From Candidatus Saccharimonadota bacterium (GTDB lineage Bacteria > Patescibacteriota > Saccharimonadia > Saccharimonadales > UBA10212), in assembly GCA_022841445.1 (NCBI GenBank), contig JALHRM010000001.1, forward strand, positions 13,002 to 77,001: DNA of 64,000 bases, read 5' to 3'. Positions 49,549-58,938 of the stretch are shown here, piece after piece. The position numbers were made by a program, and so were the translations under genes. The notes below the pieces were generated by a model. That model had not been told where the DNA came from and searched no databases. It saw only the letters and a list, made by a program, of their open reading frames with translations. Position 1 is the stretch's first letter. Each line of letters opens with the position of its first letter.

Positions 49549-52409
49549 TAGTGAAAAATCTCCTTCATTGGTTGCTGCCAGGCACTCTTCAAATGCTGCG
49601 AGGCTACTGAAAAAATATTTTTGCCACCCTGTGAAACAGAAATTGACTGATCTTTTGTGGTTGTGCCAATAATCGCACAAGGCACGCCAGCAAAATGCTT
49701 CGCAGCGACAGACTCACTCGCCAGTTCGACGATAAAACAGCCGGCAGTCTCACTAAACAACACTTCTTCAGGATGCACATCACCAAAACTATCGAGACTT
49801 ATATCGACCCCGACTCCGCCGCCAAAACTCATCTCGGCTAACGTAGCTGCCATTCCACCTTCGCTGATATCGTGGCAGGCAAGTATATCACCGCTAGTTA
49901 TTCCAGCATGAAGCGCCTGAAAAAGCGCCGGCAAGCCTTCAAGGTCAACCTTGGGCAATCTGCCACCATAAGCCTTTGTTTCAACAAATATTGATCCTCC
50001 GAGTGCGCCGACATCCAGCTTGCCAATGAGCGCAAGTACCGAGTCATGGGACTTAAAGTCAGATGATACCGTCTTTCGGGCATCTTCAATAGGGCCAAAC
50101 GCCGATACGCATAGCACCGGTGGAATTTTTAGTACAGTCTCGTCTGGGTAGCGATACGTGCTGGATAGACTGTCCTTGCCTGACACAAAAGGAATCTTAA
50201 AGGTGTCCGATACTGCAATACACGCGTCAAGAGACATATCTAAAGCCCCTAGTGAATCTTCATCAGGAAATGGCCAAATAAAATTATCGATAAGCCCCAG
50301 TTTGCGGTAATCGGCACCCACTGCAACCACGTTCGACAATGCTTCAGTGGCAGCCCAGACGCTCCCCCAGTAAGGGTCAATCTTATTCAAAACCGGGTTA
50401 AGCCCGTGCCCTACTACTGCTCCAATATGTTTATCTAGAAACGGCGTAACTACAGAAGAATTATTCGGAGCATCGCTATCAACACCAGTAAATGGAGGAA
50501 GATTACTCGTACCCTGCACACCGTGATCATAGAGACGGACGATGGGTTCTTTTGAGCAGACATTGTAGTCGCCCATGACGCGCTGATATGTTTCTTCCCA
50601 GTCTGATATAACCGGCATTTTTGCCTTAGCAAATGACGGCTGCTTCCATGAAGCTTGCATAACCCTCTGTGGCAAACCGTCGTGTAAGAAGCTCATCGGT
50701 AGATCACAAACTACATCATTTTCGTACATCACTGTAAGATTCTTTTTGCCTGTAAAGCTCCCTATAACTGACGCCTCGACATTCAGCTTGCCGCATATTG
50801 CAAAGAATTCTCGCTCGTCTTTTGGATCAATTGCAACGACCATGCGTTCCTGTGATTCGGAAATCCATATTTCCCATGGTGCTAGTCCCGGGTATTTAAG
50901 CGGTGCTTTTTCAAGATTGATTAATACTCCGGCTTCCTCACCCATTTCACCAACAGCCGATGAAAACCCACCTGCACCACAATCTGTAATAGCCCGAATG
51001 AGTCCGGCATCCCTCGCAGCCAATATGGCATCAGTTGTTCTTTTTTCTTCAATAGCATTGCCTATTTGCACAGCGGATGAATTGACCGAAATCGTATCGG
51101 CAGTCATTTCACCGCTGCTGAATGTCGCTCCATGAATGCCGTCTCTTCCCGTTCGACCACCCATAGCAATAATCAGATCGCCTTTTTTTGGAACACCTTT
51201 TTGAGCTCGCTCTTCGGGTATCAAACCATATGCGCCGACAATCACAGAGGGCTTGGCTTTAAAATCTTCATGAAAATGTATCGAACCGTTATTGGTCGGG
51301 ATACCCATGCGGTTACCGTAATCACGAACACCTGCAACAACACGCCTGAGCAAGTAACGCGGGTGCAAGCAACCTGGAGGCAACTCGCCATCAGATAAGT
51401 CTGGGGGCGCAAAACAAAACATGTCAGTTGACACAATAACCTTCGCACCCTGACCTGTGCCAATAATGTCGCGAAATACGCCCCCGCTGCCCGTAGCAGC
51501 ACCACCGTATGGTTCAATAGCCGAAGGGCTGTTATGTGTTTCAACTTTGCCGCTGAAGCCCCAGCCATCGCTTAAGCGCATTACTCCTGCGTTATCTACG
51601 AATGCCGAAATGACGTTTTCATCGTATTTTTTTGTAGCCTGCATGAGACGTTTAATGAGTGGTGTTTTTTCTTTGCCATCAACTATCAACTTGGCCTTAA
51701 ATGTTTTATGACCGCAGTGTTCACTCCAGGTCTGAGCCAATGTTTCGAGTTCCACGTCAGTTGGTTCTCGCTTGATAGACCGGTAATATTCCTGAATTAC
51801 TTTCATCTCTTCAAGATTCAGAAAGAATTGGCCGTCTTTAGATAGCTGCTCTAGCTCACTGTCCGACAATTCTAAAATTGGTACAGATTTTGATGCTGGA
51901 CTCTTGCCTTTGATGGTCAACGTTTTAGGCGACTCTTTCAGTACAATTTCGACCGTTTTATTACGAAGCAGTCGGTCAAGTATGGCGTCTATGTCTTTAT
52001 CACTCGGCGTACCATAAAAATGATACTCCCACGAACTATCGACCGCTTCGAGGCTACCAATGCCCAGGTCTTTTGCAGCCTTTAGTATTGAGGCTGCTTC
52101 GGGATTCATGACACCGGGGCGGTAGGAAACCTCAGTTTTTTTGTCTGCATCATTCAAAATTTGTCGGTTGATGACATAATGATTGCTCAGCGCTTCTGAT
52201 AACAAGTTGTCGGCCAAATTTTTGACTTCAGTTTCGGTAATGCCTTGAAGTCGATAGACGCGCACCATTTTTAATGAAATTACACCACCAATGCCTAGTG
52301 TGCTTTTTATTTCGGACAATACATCTTCGGCGCGCGGGTCTAAGCCATTCGAGAGTACCCTCAATTCCTGAATAACACGCTCGCTGGTTGTGCGCGGTTT
52401 TACGGTCAC
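49548..52409 (-). CDS. purL: Phosphoribosylformylglycinamidine synthase PurL with two N-terminal PurS-like repeats
   Basis: At 953 aa it is about 210 aa longer than a small PurL. The N-terminus has two PurS-like units (..LDPRAEDVLSEIK..VRVYRL.. and ..MNPEAASILKAAK..). Two AIR-synthase-like repeats follow, with ETHNSPSAIEPYGGAATG. GTG start with a GGGAG SD. Confidence 0.85.
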   Translation of the reverse strand: MTVKPRTTSERVIQELRVLSNGLDPRAEDVLSEIKSTLGIGGVISLKMVRVYRLQGITETEVKNLADNLLSEALSNHYVINRQILNDADKKTEVSYRPGVMNPEAASILKAAKDLGIGSLEAVDSSWEYHFYGTPSDKDIDAILDRLLRNKTVEIVLKESPKTLTIKGKSPASKSVPILELSDSELEQLSKDGQFFLNLEEMKVIQEYYRSIKREPTDVELETLAQTWSEHCGHKTFKAKLIVDGKEKTPLIKRLMQATKKYDENVISAFVDNAGVMRLSDGWGFSGKVETHNSPSAIEPYGGAATGSGGVFRDIIGTGQGAKVIVSTDMFCFAPPDLSDGELPPGCLHPRYLLRRVVAGVRDYGNRMGIPTNNGSIHFHEDFKAKPSVIVGAYGLIPEERAQKGVPKKGDLIIAMGGRTGRDGIHGATFSSGEMTADTISVNSSAVQIGNAIEEKRTTDAILAARDAGLIRAITDCGAGGFSSAVGEMGEEAGVLINLEKAPLKYPGLAPWEIWISESQERMVVAIDPKDEREFFAICGKLNVEASVIGSFTGKKNLTVMYENDVVCDLPMSFLHDGLPQRVMQASWKQPSFAKAKMPVISDWEETYQRVMGDYNVCSKEPIVRLYDHGVQGTSNLPPFTGVDSDAPNNSSVVTPFLDKHIGAVVGHGLNPVLNKIDPYWGSVWAATEALSNVVAVGADYRKLGLIDNFIWPFPDEDSLGALDMSLDACIAVSDTFKIPFVSGKDSLSSTYRYPDETVLKIPPVLCVSAFGPIEDARKTVSSDFKSHDSVLALIGKLDVGALGGSIFVETKAYGGRLPKVDLEGLPALFQALHAGITSGDILACHDISEGGMAATLAEMSFGGGVGVDISLDSFGDVHPEEVLFSETAGCFIVELASESVAAKHFAGVPCAIIGTTTKDQSISVSQGGKNIFSVASQHLKSAWQQPMKEIFH

Positions 52410-52476
52410 AATTACTCCCTTGATTTACTGCAATTGTACCATGAAGTATGCCCCCTACTCACCCAGTTATGACGTG

Positions 52477-53163
52477 CTACTTAGCACTACTTTTCATGAG
52501 ATCATGCGCGATACTTGGCGCATGTATTGGGTGTCGTAGAATTTCCGGGTGCAAGGTTAGGAGTTGTCCTACTTCTCGTTTCTGATTTTTATAGTATGGG
52601 TGTGTGTACATTCGATAGTTTGGGTTATTAAGTTTACGCGTCACGATATCATCTATCGCTACTTTTTGCTCTTCAAATATTTTCCCCTCGCTCTGGACAA
52701 CATCAGAATCGAAATCGGGTGATTGTACGGGAATATACCGAATATTGTACTCAGGAACAATCTTGTCACATAGATAACGCAGCCGTTCTTCATGATTAGC
52801 TGCACAAATTATGCTATAACGCACGTTCTGGTCATGAGCGAACTTCCGCCGTAATCCGAATAAATTTCCGATAGTATCCTTTGAAAACGGTTCAACAACA
52901 ATGCTGTCCGCTGGCACATTTCTGTTAATTAAGTAAGATTTCATCGCCCTGGATTCAGTAATTGGAGGATGAATGCCGAGCCAATCAAACCATATCGACC
53001 ATCGACCACTTACGACTATTTTCCGTACACCGCTCTGTCCGAACATCTCTGCTGCATAATCAAGCCGCGTTTTTAAGTCTTTGGTAAGTTGCCAGCCTTC
53101 GCCGAGTTTAAATCCTAAAACAATAACGTAGTTTGCCACAAGCGTAATTATACATACCTGCAC
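52477..53163 (-). CDS. DUF218/YdcF-like (SanA/ElyC family) protein
   Basis: YVIVLG..RLDYAAEMF..KIVVSGRW..ESRAMKSYL..EPFSKDTIGN pattern. Confidence 0.5.
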   Translation of the reverse strand: MQVCIITLVANYVIVLGFKLGEGWQLTKDLKTRLDYAAEMFGQSGVRKIVVSGRWSIWFDWLGIHPPITESRAMKSYLINRNVPADSIVVEPFSKDTIGNLFGLRRKFAHDQNVRYSIICAANHEERLRYLCDKIVPEYNIRYIPVQSPDFDSDVVQSEGKIFEEQKVAIDDIVTRKLNNPNYRMYTHPYYKNQKREVGQLLTLHPEILRHPIHAPSIAHDLMKSSAK

Positions 53164-53795
53164 TACCCTTTTTTGAACAGAAAATGATGACCATGATGGT
53201 GTAGACGCTTACCAAGTTTTGTTTCTTTGTATTGTCCAAAATACAGTTTTTTGTAGAGCTTTCTAATCTCACTGACCGTTCGGTAGTACATAGTATTTCC
53301 GTACTTTCCCTGTGCGCTGGTGGATCCACCTGCAAACTCGTCCTTATCCGAATAGCATACCAGCAAAAGATTACCTTCGGGTTTCAGTAGCCAGGAAAAT
53401 TGATTGGCGTAACCTTGCACTAATAATGGTTCTATGTGATGCAGGACGCTGTAGTCAAAAATGAAGTCAAATTTTTTGTGATTTAGTACGGATTGGAGTT
53501 TTGTGACATCACCGAGCACAAATTCAATATTTTTCTGATTGGCATTTGTATTCTTTGCAATAGTAATTGCGTTGCTGGAAAAATCTATTCCAATAACTTG
53601 ATCAAATCCGTGCTTGGCGATAAACGCCGTGTAATTACCCGTTCCGCAGCCAATATCCAACGCCGTCTTGCCATTAAAATTTTTACCAGCAAGATACCGC
53701 ACAACTTCGACAGGTGGTTCAGTTATTTCCCATGGTATGACACTCAGCGGCCTAGCGTACATGTCATCCCAGTGCCGCTGCATCGGATTGCTCAT
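53163..53795 (-). CDS. Class I SAM-dependent methyltransferase
   Basis: Motif I ALDIGCGTGNYT followed by the post-I acidic residue. Length is 210 aa. Confidence 0.75.
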   Translation of the reverse strand: MSNPMQRHWDDMYARPLSVIPWEITEPPVEVVRYLAGKNFNGKTALDIGCGTGNYTAFIAKHGFDQVIGIDFSSNAITIAKNTNANQKNIEFVLGDVTKLQSVLNHKKFDFIFDYSVLHHIEPLLVQGYANQFSWLLKPEGNLLLVCYSDKDEFAGGSTSAQGKYGNTMYYRTVSEIRKLYKKLYFGQYKETKLGKRLHHHGHHFLFKKG

Positions 53796-53833
53796 GACTA
53801 TAAGTATATGGAAATCGAAGATTTAGGCATAAA

Positions 53834-53863
53834 AAAATAATCGCCAAAAGTGACGATTATTTT
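53834..53863. terminator. A/T-flanked hairpin (bidirectional-terminator-like) in a divergent intergenic region
   Basis: AAAATAATCG-ccaaaagtga-CGATTATTTT is a 10-bp AT-rich stem. It has an A7 run on the left and a T run on the right. Confidence 0.35.
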
Positions 53864-53929
53864 ATGGTTGCGACCCACATATTACTTAAAATTTACTTCA
53901 TCAGATTCTTAGGTTATTATTCACTAACA

Positions 53930-54604
53930 ATGACCCTACCAAAACATACTAAAGTTGTCTTGTTGATACTATTGATCGGTACTTTTATAGTGGTGGCATT
54001 TATGTTTGGATCCAGATCCACTCAAAAATCTTTATCATCCATGATAGATCAAGGCAAATATTCGAAAGTGACCAATAACATCAATGGCGTTAGCTTTATG
54101 CTCAATAACAACTGGAGAAGTTTAGGTGATTATAGAGTCGCAAACTATGATCGCAGTAAAATAGATGAGGAATTAACTCAAGACGGAAGGATTAGGCAGA
54201 CTAATGGCACTTACGCCGACTTATCTGATAATAAACTGCGATCCTACCCTTATTCAACTTCTACTCTGAACGAGATATTAATACTAGGTGGTGAATTTAA
54301 TGAAAAAAAACTCAGCACCAAGGATTATATTAATAAGCAATTTGCAAGAAATAAAGATAAGGATAAAAAACGATCGATTCAGGAACTTGAAATATACGTT
54401 ATCAATGGCAAAGAAGTAGGTGATTTTATTTACGGCGAAAGTAATGATGGCCTGAAAGCAACCCGATTCATAGTTCTTTCAAGTGGTAATCAGGTCGTTC
54501 ACTACGAAATTTCGCCAGTAGAAACTCGTGAACGTGTTACAAAAAATAACTTTGATGGTCTACTTGAGCTGATTGGCTCAACAGAATTCATATCTGATAA
54601 GTAG
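53930..54604 (+). CDS. Hypothetical membrane-anchored protein, visibly AT-richer than its neighbours
   Basis: ORF from MTLPKHTK with one N-terminal TM segment and a K/N/D-rich soluble part. ATG 53864 is an alternative start. Confidence 0.45.
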   Translation: MTLPKHTKVVLLILLIGTFIVVAFMFGSRSTQKSLSSMIDQGKYSKVTNNINGVSFMLNNNWRSLGDYRVANYDRSKIDEELTQDGRIRQTNGTYADLSDNKLRSYPYSTSTLNEILILGGEFNEKKLSTKDYINKQFARNKDKDKKRSIQELEIYVINGKEVGDFIYGESNDGLKATRFIVLSSGNQVVHYEISPVETRERVTKNNFDGLLELIGSTEFISDK

Positions 54605-54679
54605 GGCATTTATAAGCAAGTTAAGCTTTTTCTTAGGTAAAACAATCAAAAAATCGCCCATGCAGGACGATTCTTAGAT

Positions 54680-54756
54680 TGGTCGGGGATAAAGGACTCG
54701 AACCTTCGACCTCGCGGTCCCAAACCGCGCGCGCTAGCCAACTGCGCCAATCCCCG
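54680..54756 (-). tRNA. tRNA-Pro (anticodon TGG), CCA encoded
   Basis: The reverse complement is a 77-nt cloverleaf. Acceptor CGGGGAT/ATCCCCG, anticodon arm CGCGG-TTTGGGA-CCGCG, and T arm GAAGG-TTCGAGT-CCTTT. Confidence 0.88.
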
Positions 54757-54799
54757 CTGTTTGTAACAGATTGATTATACCGAATTTTTCTCTATTACA

Positions 54800-56356
54800 C
54801 TAGGTGGCCATGACTGATACACCGCCGCGGCGTGGATCGCCTGCGCCACTCATATTACCTGTTACCAGGTTGTGCTCAACGGCTTGAACGCCGCCAAAAA
54901 ATAAATTCCGCTCTTTCCAGACGTTAACGTTATAGCCGAATCGAGCAAGTTTAGTCGTTTCCGCATCTACAAAACCACCCTCTATTTCTACCAGTTCGCC
55001 CTCACAGTGAATGCGTGGAGCACTGACCGCCGACTCAATAGGCAACTGTTGATCGAGAACATTGAGGATGGTCTGAAGTACTGCACTGCGAATACGGTTG
55101 CTGCCAGCACTACCGACGGCCAGACGAGGCTTACCGTTTTCGAGAATAATAGTCGGTGACATCATGCTAGTTGGTCGATGCCCTATGGAGTGCTTATAAA
55201 AACCAGCCGGGTTCAAATCTTCCTCACCCAAAATGTTATTAAGAAAAATCCCCGTACCTGGCACTGCAATACCTGAACCCGAGCCATTACTGCTCGTCAT
55301 GCTGACAGCATTGCCCAGGGAGTCCATTACCGAAAAATGCGTAGTGTTGCCAAGTCGCGAACTCAAACGAATGTGGTCATCATGCATTTTGGCATCGGCT
55401 AGCAGCCAATCCAAAACATCACCGTCGTTGATGTAAGCATCGAGGCGCTTCCGACGCACAGCATTGGTGCGCATCATGGCTTCAATTAGATGCTGCAGAT
55501 ACTCAAAAGAACCGTAGGAAATCGATGCCAGATCGTATTTTTCCAAAAGCTTCAACGTGTGCGCTATCAATGCGCCACCAGAAGACGGCGGTGGATTGGT
55601 GTATATCTGGTAACTGCGATATGAACTTTCAATAGGCTGTCTGGAAATTACTTTATACGCAGCTAAATCTTCTGCAGTAATCAGACCACCGCCCGCCTCG
55701 ACTTCTTTGAGTATTGCTGAAGCAATGTCACCACCTATTAACGTTTGCCCCTTGGTTGAGGCAATGTCCTGCAAACTACCTGCGATGTCAGGATTAAATA
55801 GTTTATCGCCTTGTTTTAGTAAATTCCCATCTTTGTAGAAACACTTACGCATATCCGACGATAACTCAAAGACGCCTTTTAGAATAAGATTTAGGTACTC
55901 CTGTTGTTCGGTTTGCACTACACCGTTTCTGGCTAGATGAACCGCCGGCTGGATAAGCTCACTAAGTGGCATTGTGCCGTATCGTGAATGCGCCTCGCAA
56001 AGTCCCAAGGCGACTCCCGGCACCGCAACAGTCGAATGCCCACCATGGAACATCTGCACAGTGCTGCCAAAATCCACAGGAGTTGGTATCATTTTTGAAA
56101 TAGCACGCGACTTATCTAAGCCCTTACCGGGCATAGCAACAAAGAAGTCCAGGAGTTGGTTTTGTCCGGATTCTGTATCGTGAACGAGCATAAACCCGCC
56201 ACCGCCTAAGCTCGTCAGCAAAGGTTCCGCTACACATGCTGCAAAACCAGCTGCAATGGCTGCATCCATAGCATTGCCGCCAGCTTCCAACACCAACTTC
56301 CCGGCTTCAGCGGTCGCCGGGTGTCCGGCAGCGATGACGCCTTTCGTTTTCGGCAT
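54800..56356 (-). CDS. ggt: Gamma-glutamyltranspeptidase
   Basis: The AAGHPATAEAG..GGNAMDAAIA N-terminus, the autoprocessing/nucleophile region GNTTHFSVMD, and GGVQAV near the C-terminus. Confidence 0.85.
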   Translation of the reverse strand: MPKTKGVIAAGHPATAEAGKLVLEAGGNAMDAAIAAGFAACVAEPLLTSLGGGGFMLVHDTESGQNQLLDFFVAMPGKGLDKSRAISKMIPTPVDFGSTVQMFHGGHSTVAVPGVALGLCEAHSRYGTMPLSELIQPAVHLARNGVVQTEQQEYLNLILKGVFELSSDMRKCFYKDGNLLKQGDKLFNPDIAGSLQDIASTKGQTLIGGDIASAILKEVEAGGGLITAEDLAAYKVISRQPIESSYRSYQIYTNPPPSSGGALIAHTLKLLEKYDLASISYGSFEYLQHLIEAMMRTNAVRRKRLDAYINDGDVLDWLLADAKMHDDHIRLSSRLGNTTHFSVMDSLGNAVSMTSSNGSGSGIAVPGTGIFLNNILGEEDLNPAGFYKHSIGHRPTSMMSPTIILENGKPRLAVGSAGSNRIRSAVLQTILNVLDQQLPIESAVSAPRIHCEGELVEIEGGFVDAETTKLARFGYNVNVWKERNLFFGGVQAVEHNLVTGNMSGAGDPRRGGVSVMAT

Positions 56357-56375
56357 TATCGTCCCGACTACCTTT

Positions 56376-57890
56376 CTACTTGGCGAACTCTACGGCTCGG
56401 GTTTCCCGGATTACATTAACCTTAATAGTTCCGGGATACTGCATTGTCGACTCTATTTTGGTAGCGATGTCGCGTGACAGCTTAATAGCTTGCAAGTCAT
56501 CAACTTTTTGAGGATAGACGAACACACGGACTTCACGTCCGGCGCTGATGGCGTATGCTTTTTCAATGCCATCAAAACTTAACGCAGTGTTTTCTAGATC
56601 TTTCATGCGCTCAACAAAGTTTTCTGCACTAATGTTGCGTGCACCTGGTCTGGCAGCGCTAATTGCATCAACTACTCGCACGACTAATGCTTCAACGGTC
56701 GTTGCCTCAATATCATCATGATGAGCTTCGGCCGCATGAGCGACACCTTCTGGCGCACCATACTTACGAAGCATCTCGGCACTTATATGGTGGTGCTTGC
56801 CTTCCATTTTGTGAGTCAGTGCTTTACCAACATCATGCATCAACGCAGCGTATTTAGACGTTTTAACATCCGCGCCAATCATCTCTGCGATCACACCAGC
56901 CAGATGTGCCATTTCAGTGCTGTGCTTCAGAACATTTTGCCCATAGCTAGTACGATACTTCAGCTCACCTAGTAATTGCAGCAGTTCTTTCGGAACACCA
57001 ATGATACCAACTTCACGAGCAGCGTCTTCACCGGCGCGCATGACATCTTTCATGACTTGTTTTTGTGCTTTGTCGACAACTTCCTCAATACGCCCCGGAT
57101 GGACACGACCATCTTTGAGCAGCATCTCAAGTGCTTGACGAGCAACTTCGCGGCGTACTGGGTCAAAAGAACTTAAGATTATCATGCCTGGCGTATCGTC
57201 AACCATAATGTCTACACCGGTTGCCCGTTGCAGTGCCTGAATGTTGCGGCCTTCTTTGCCAATGATTCGGCCTTTCATTTCTTCATCTTCGAGTTTAACT
57301 GCGGTTACTGTACGCTCGGCCGTTACTTCTCCAGCCATGCGCTCCATAGCCGCAACAATGATATGACCGGCTTTTTCTTCGGCTTCCTCGCGTGCTTCGT
57401 TTTGCATCTTGGCAATTAGATTTACAAGATCGCCCCTAATGTCGCGTTCTGTCATCGCCATTAACTTTTCAGCAGCGTCAGCCTTAGTCAGCTTGGCAAT
57501 TTTTTCCAATTTATCCTGCTGCTTAACGCGTATGTCTCGTATCTCATTTTTAAGACCTTCGACTTCGTCTTCGGATCTACGCATGTTCTCGGCGCGTTTA
57601 TCGAGTTCATCTAATTTTTTATCGAGTGATTCTTCACGGTTTAAAAGACGTTGCTCAATGTCTTTGATTTCGGATCTTCGCTTTTGTTCATCTCTTCTAG
57701 CTTGCTCGGCGATGCGACTAGCTTCTTCTTGAGCCTTTTTGGCGGTCTCAGCTGCTTCTTTTTTAGCTTTAGTAAGTTCTTTCTGCGCGGCAGCCTCAGC
57801 TGAGCCGATTTTGCGACGTGTTACTACATTGCTGGCGCCATAGCCAGCAGCAATACCAATTGCTGCAAGAAGCAAGGTAATTGGTTCCAT
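56376..57890 (-). CDS. rny: Ribonuclease Y
   Basis: N-terminal TM segment, a long E/K/R coiled coil, a KH domain (GRIIGKEGRNIQALQ) and an HD domain (HSTEMAHLAG..LMHDVGK). Confidence 0.92.
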   Translation of the reverse strand: MEPITLLLAAIGIAAGYGASNVVTRRKIGSAEAAAQKELTKAKKEAAETAKKAQEEASRIAEQARRDEQKRRSEIKDIEQRLLNREESLDKKLDELDKRAENMRRSEDEVEGLKNEIRDIRVKQQDKLEKIAKLTKADAAEKLMAMTERDIRGDLVNLIAKMQNEAREEAEEKAGHIIVAAMERMAGEVTAERTVTAVKLEDEEMKGRIIGKEGRNIQALQRATGVDIMVDDTPGMIILSSFDPVRREVARQALEMLLKDGRVHPGRIEEVVDKAQKQVMKDVMRAGEDAAREVGIIGVPKELLQLLGELKYRTSYGQNVLKHSTEMAHLAGVIAEMIGADVKTSKYAALMHDVGKALTHKMEGKHHHISAEMLRKYGAPEGVAHAAEAHHDDIEATTVEALVVRVVDAISAARPGARNISAENFVERMKDLENTALSFDGIEKAYAISAGREVRVFVYPQKVDDLQAIKLSRDIATKIESTMQYPGTIKVNVIRETRAVEFAK

Positions 57891-58072
57891 GTTGTCCCCT
57901 TTCGTTTGCGAGGAGTACCAGGATCAATGAAAATGGAACGTCACTATCACTTCATTAGTTCCAAAATTAACTGATCAAAGGTGTATCAAATATTTATATA
58001 AGTAGAATGGGTATCCCAAAACAAACAAGAATATCCGTAGTTAACTATACCTGTTTTTTGGTGTGCCGGCAA

Positions 58073-58465
58073 TTACTTTCGAGGCTTGGTAATATGTGGC
58101 AAGCTACCATATTTAGGACTTACATAGCTATTTTTTTCAGTGTCAGTAATTTTTACTAAAGCTTGGGCAGCCCAGTCTTCTCCCGTTGCGGCAGCTATCG
58201 GTATTTTGAGTCCATATGCCAGAGCATTTGCTACACTAAGGCCTATTCTAAGACCCGTAAAACTTCCCGGTCCTTCGTAGCATACCACCCCAGAAATATC
58301 AGACCATTCATAATTCTTTTTCCGTAGCATATCGGAAATTTTTATATGAAGAGTTTCGGCCAGCTCTCTATCTGCCTTCCATTTTTCGTGCGTAATTTCT
58401 GAATTATCTTCGAACAGGCCAATTTCTGCTTCGGGATTATCGGTTTTTATGGATAGTACAAACAT
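58073..58465 (-). CDS. tsaB: tRNA t6A biosynthesis protein TsaB, short form (130 aa)
   Basis: LSIKTDNPEAEIGLF..GPGSFTGLRIGLSVANALAYGLKIPI, which is the YeaZ N-terminal domain only. The start overlaps the tsaE stop by 1 nt. Confidence 0.7.
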   Translation of the reverse strand: MFVLSIKTDNPEAEIGLFEDNSEITHEKWKADRELAETLHIKISDMLRKKNYEWSDISGVVCYEGPGSFTGLRIGLSVANALAYGLKIPIAAATGEDWAAQALVKITDTEKNSYVSPKYGSLPHITKPRK

Positions 58466-58938
58466 TACTCGCCCGATCTTGATTTAACTTTATCGACCAG
58501 CGTTCTATGAATAGAGCTGTACTTAATGGTAATACGTCGCTTGTCCAGCGACTCCGTAGCAATATGTATGCTTAAACGACTATCCGGGAGTACTCCGCGT
58601 ACGGAGTAAGCCCACTCAATAACTACTACAGCTTTTTCACTGTTCAGGGATTCGGCAAGTTCCATAGTTATGATTCCTGGATCATCAAGTCGGTATAAAT
58701 CAAAGTGGTGAAGTTCGAGACCGCGTTTAGCCGGATATACCTTACTGATCGTAAACGTCGGGCTTGTAACCACGCTCTTTACGCCTAAGCCACGAGCAAG
58801 ACCTCGCGTAAAGGTAGTTTTGCCGCCGCCCACATCCGAAACTAGCTCAATTACGATACCGTCCGTAATGCACCTACCGAGAAGCTCGGCGAGCAGCTCT
58901 GTTTTCTCGGTACTGGCGGATTCGATTTGCCACGTCAT
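58465..58938 (-). CDS. tsaE: tRNA t6A biosynthesis ATPase TsaE
   Basis: Walker A GGGKTTFTRGL, then SPTFT and HFDLYRL motifs. The start is set at ATG 58938 (MTWQIES..). This still overlaps the upstream gene by 65 nt. Confidence 0.8.
   Translation of the reverse strand: MTWQIESASTEKTELLAELLGRCITDGIVIELVSDVGGGKTTFTRGLARGLGVKSVVTSPTFTISKVYPAKRGLELHHFDLYRLDDPGIITMELAESLNSEKAVVVIEWAYSVRGVLPDSRLSIHIATESLDKRRITIKYSSIHRTLVDKVKSRSGE

Noticed and set aside
50746-51711. Several 84-129-aa plus-strand ORFs inside purL, with similar antisense ORFs inside glyA, rny, the histidine kinase and the glycosyltransferases
   Set aside because: All are antisense to long ORFs with unmistakable conserved motifs and have low-complexity, Ser/Ala/Pro-rich translations. 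They are shadow ORFs.
58874-58938. The 65-nt overlap between the LTD gene and tsaE, considered as evidence of a frameshift or pseudogene
   Set aside because: Both reading frames are intact and yield complete domain sets. The LTD gene gives its TM segment and basic tail, and TsaE gives a normal-length N-terminus before its P-loop. No later start codon exists for tsaE. I treat it as a genuine overlap.
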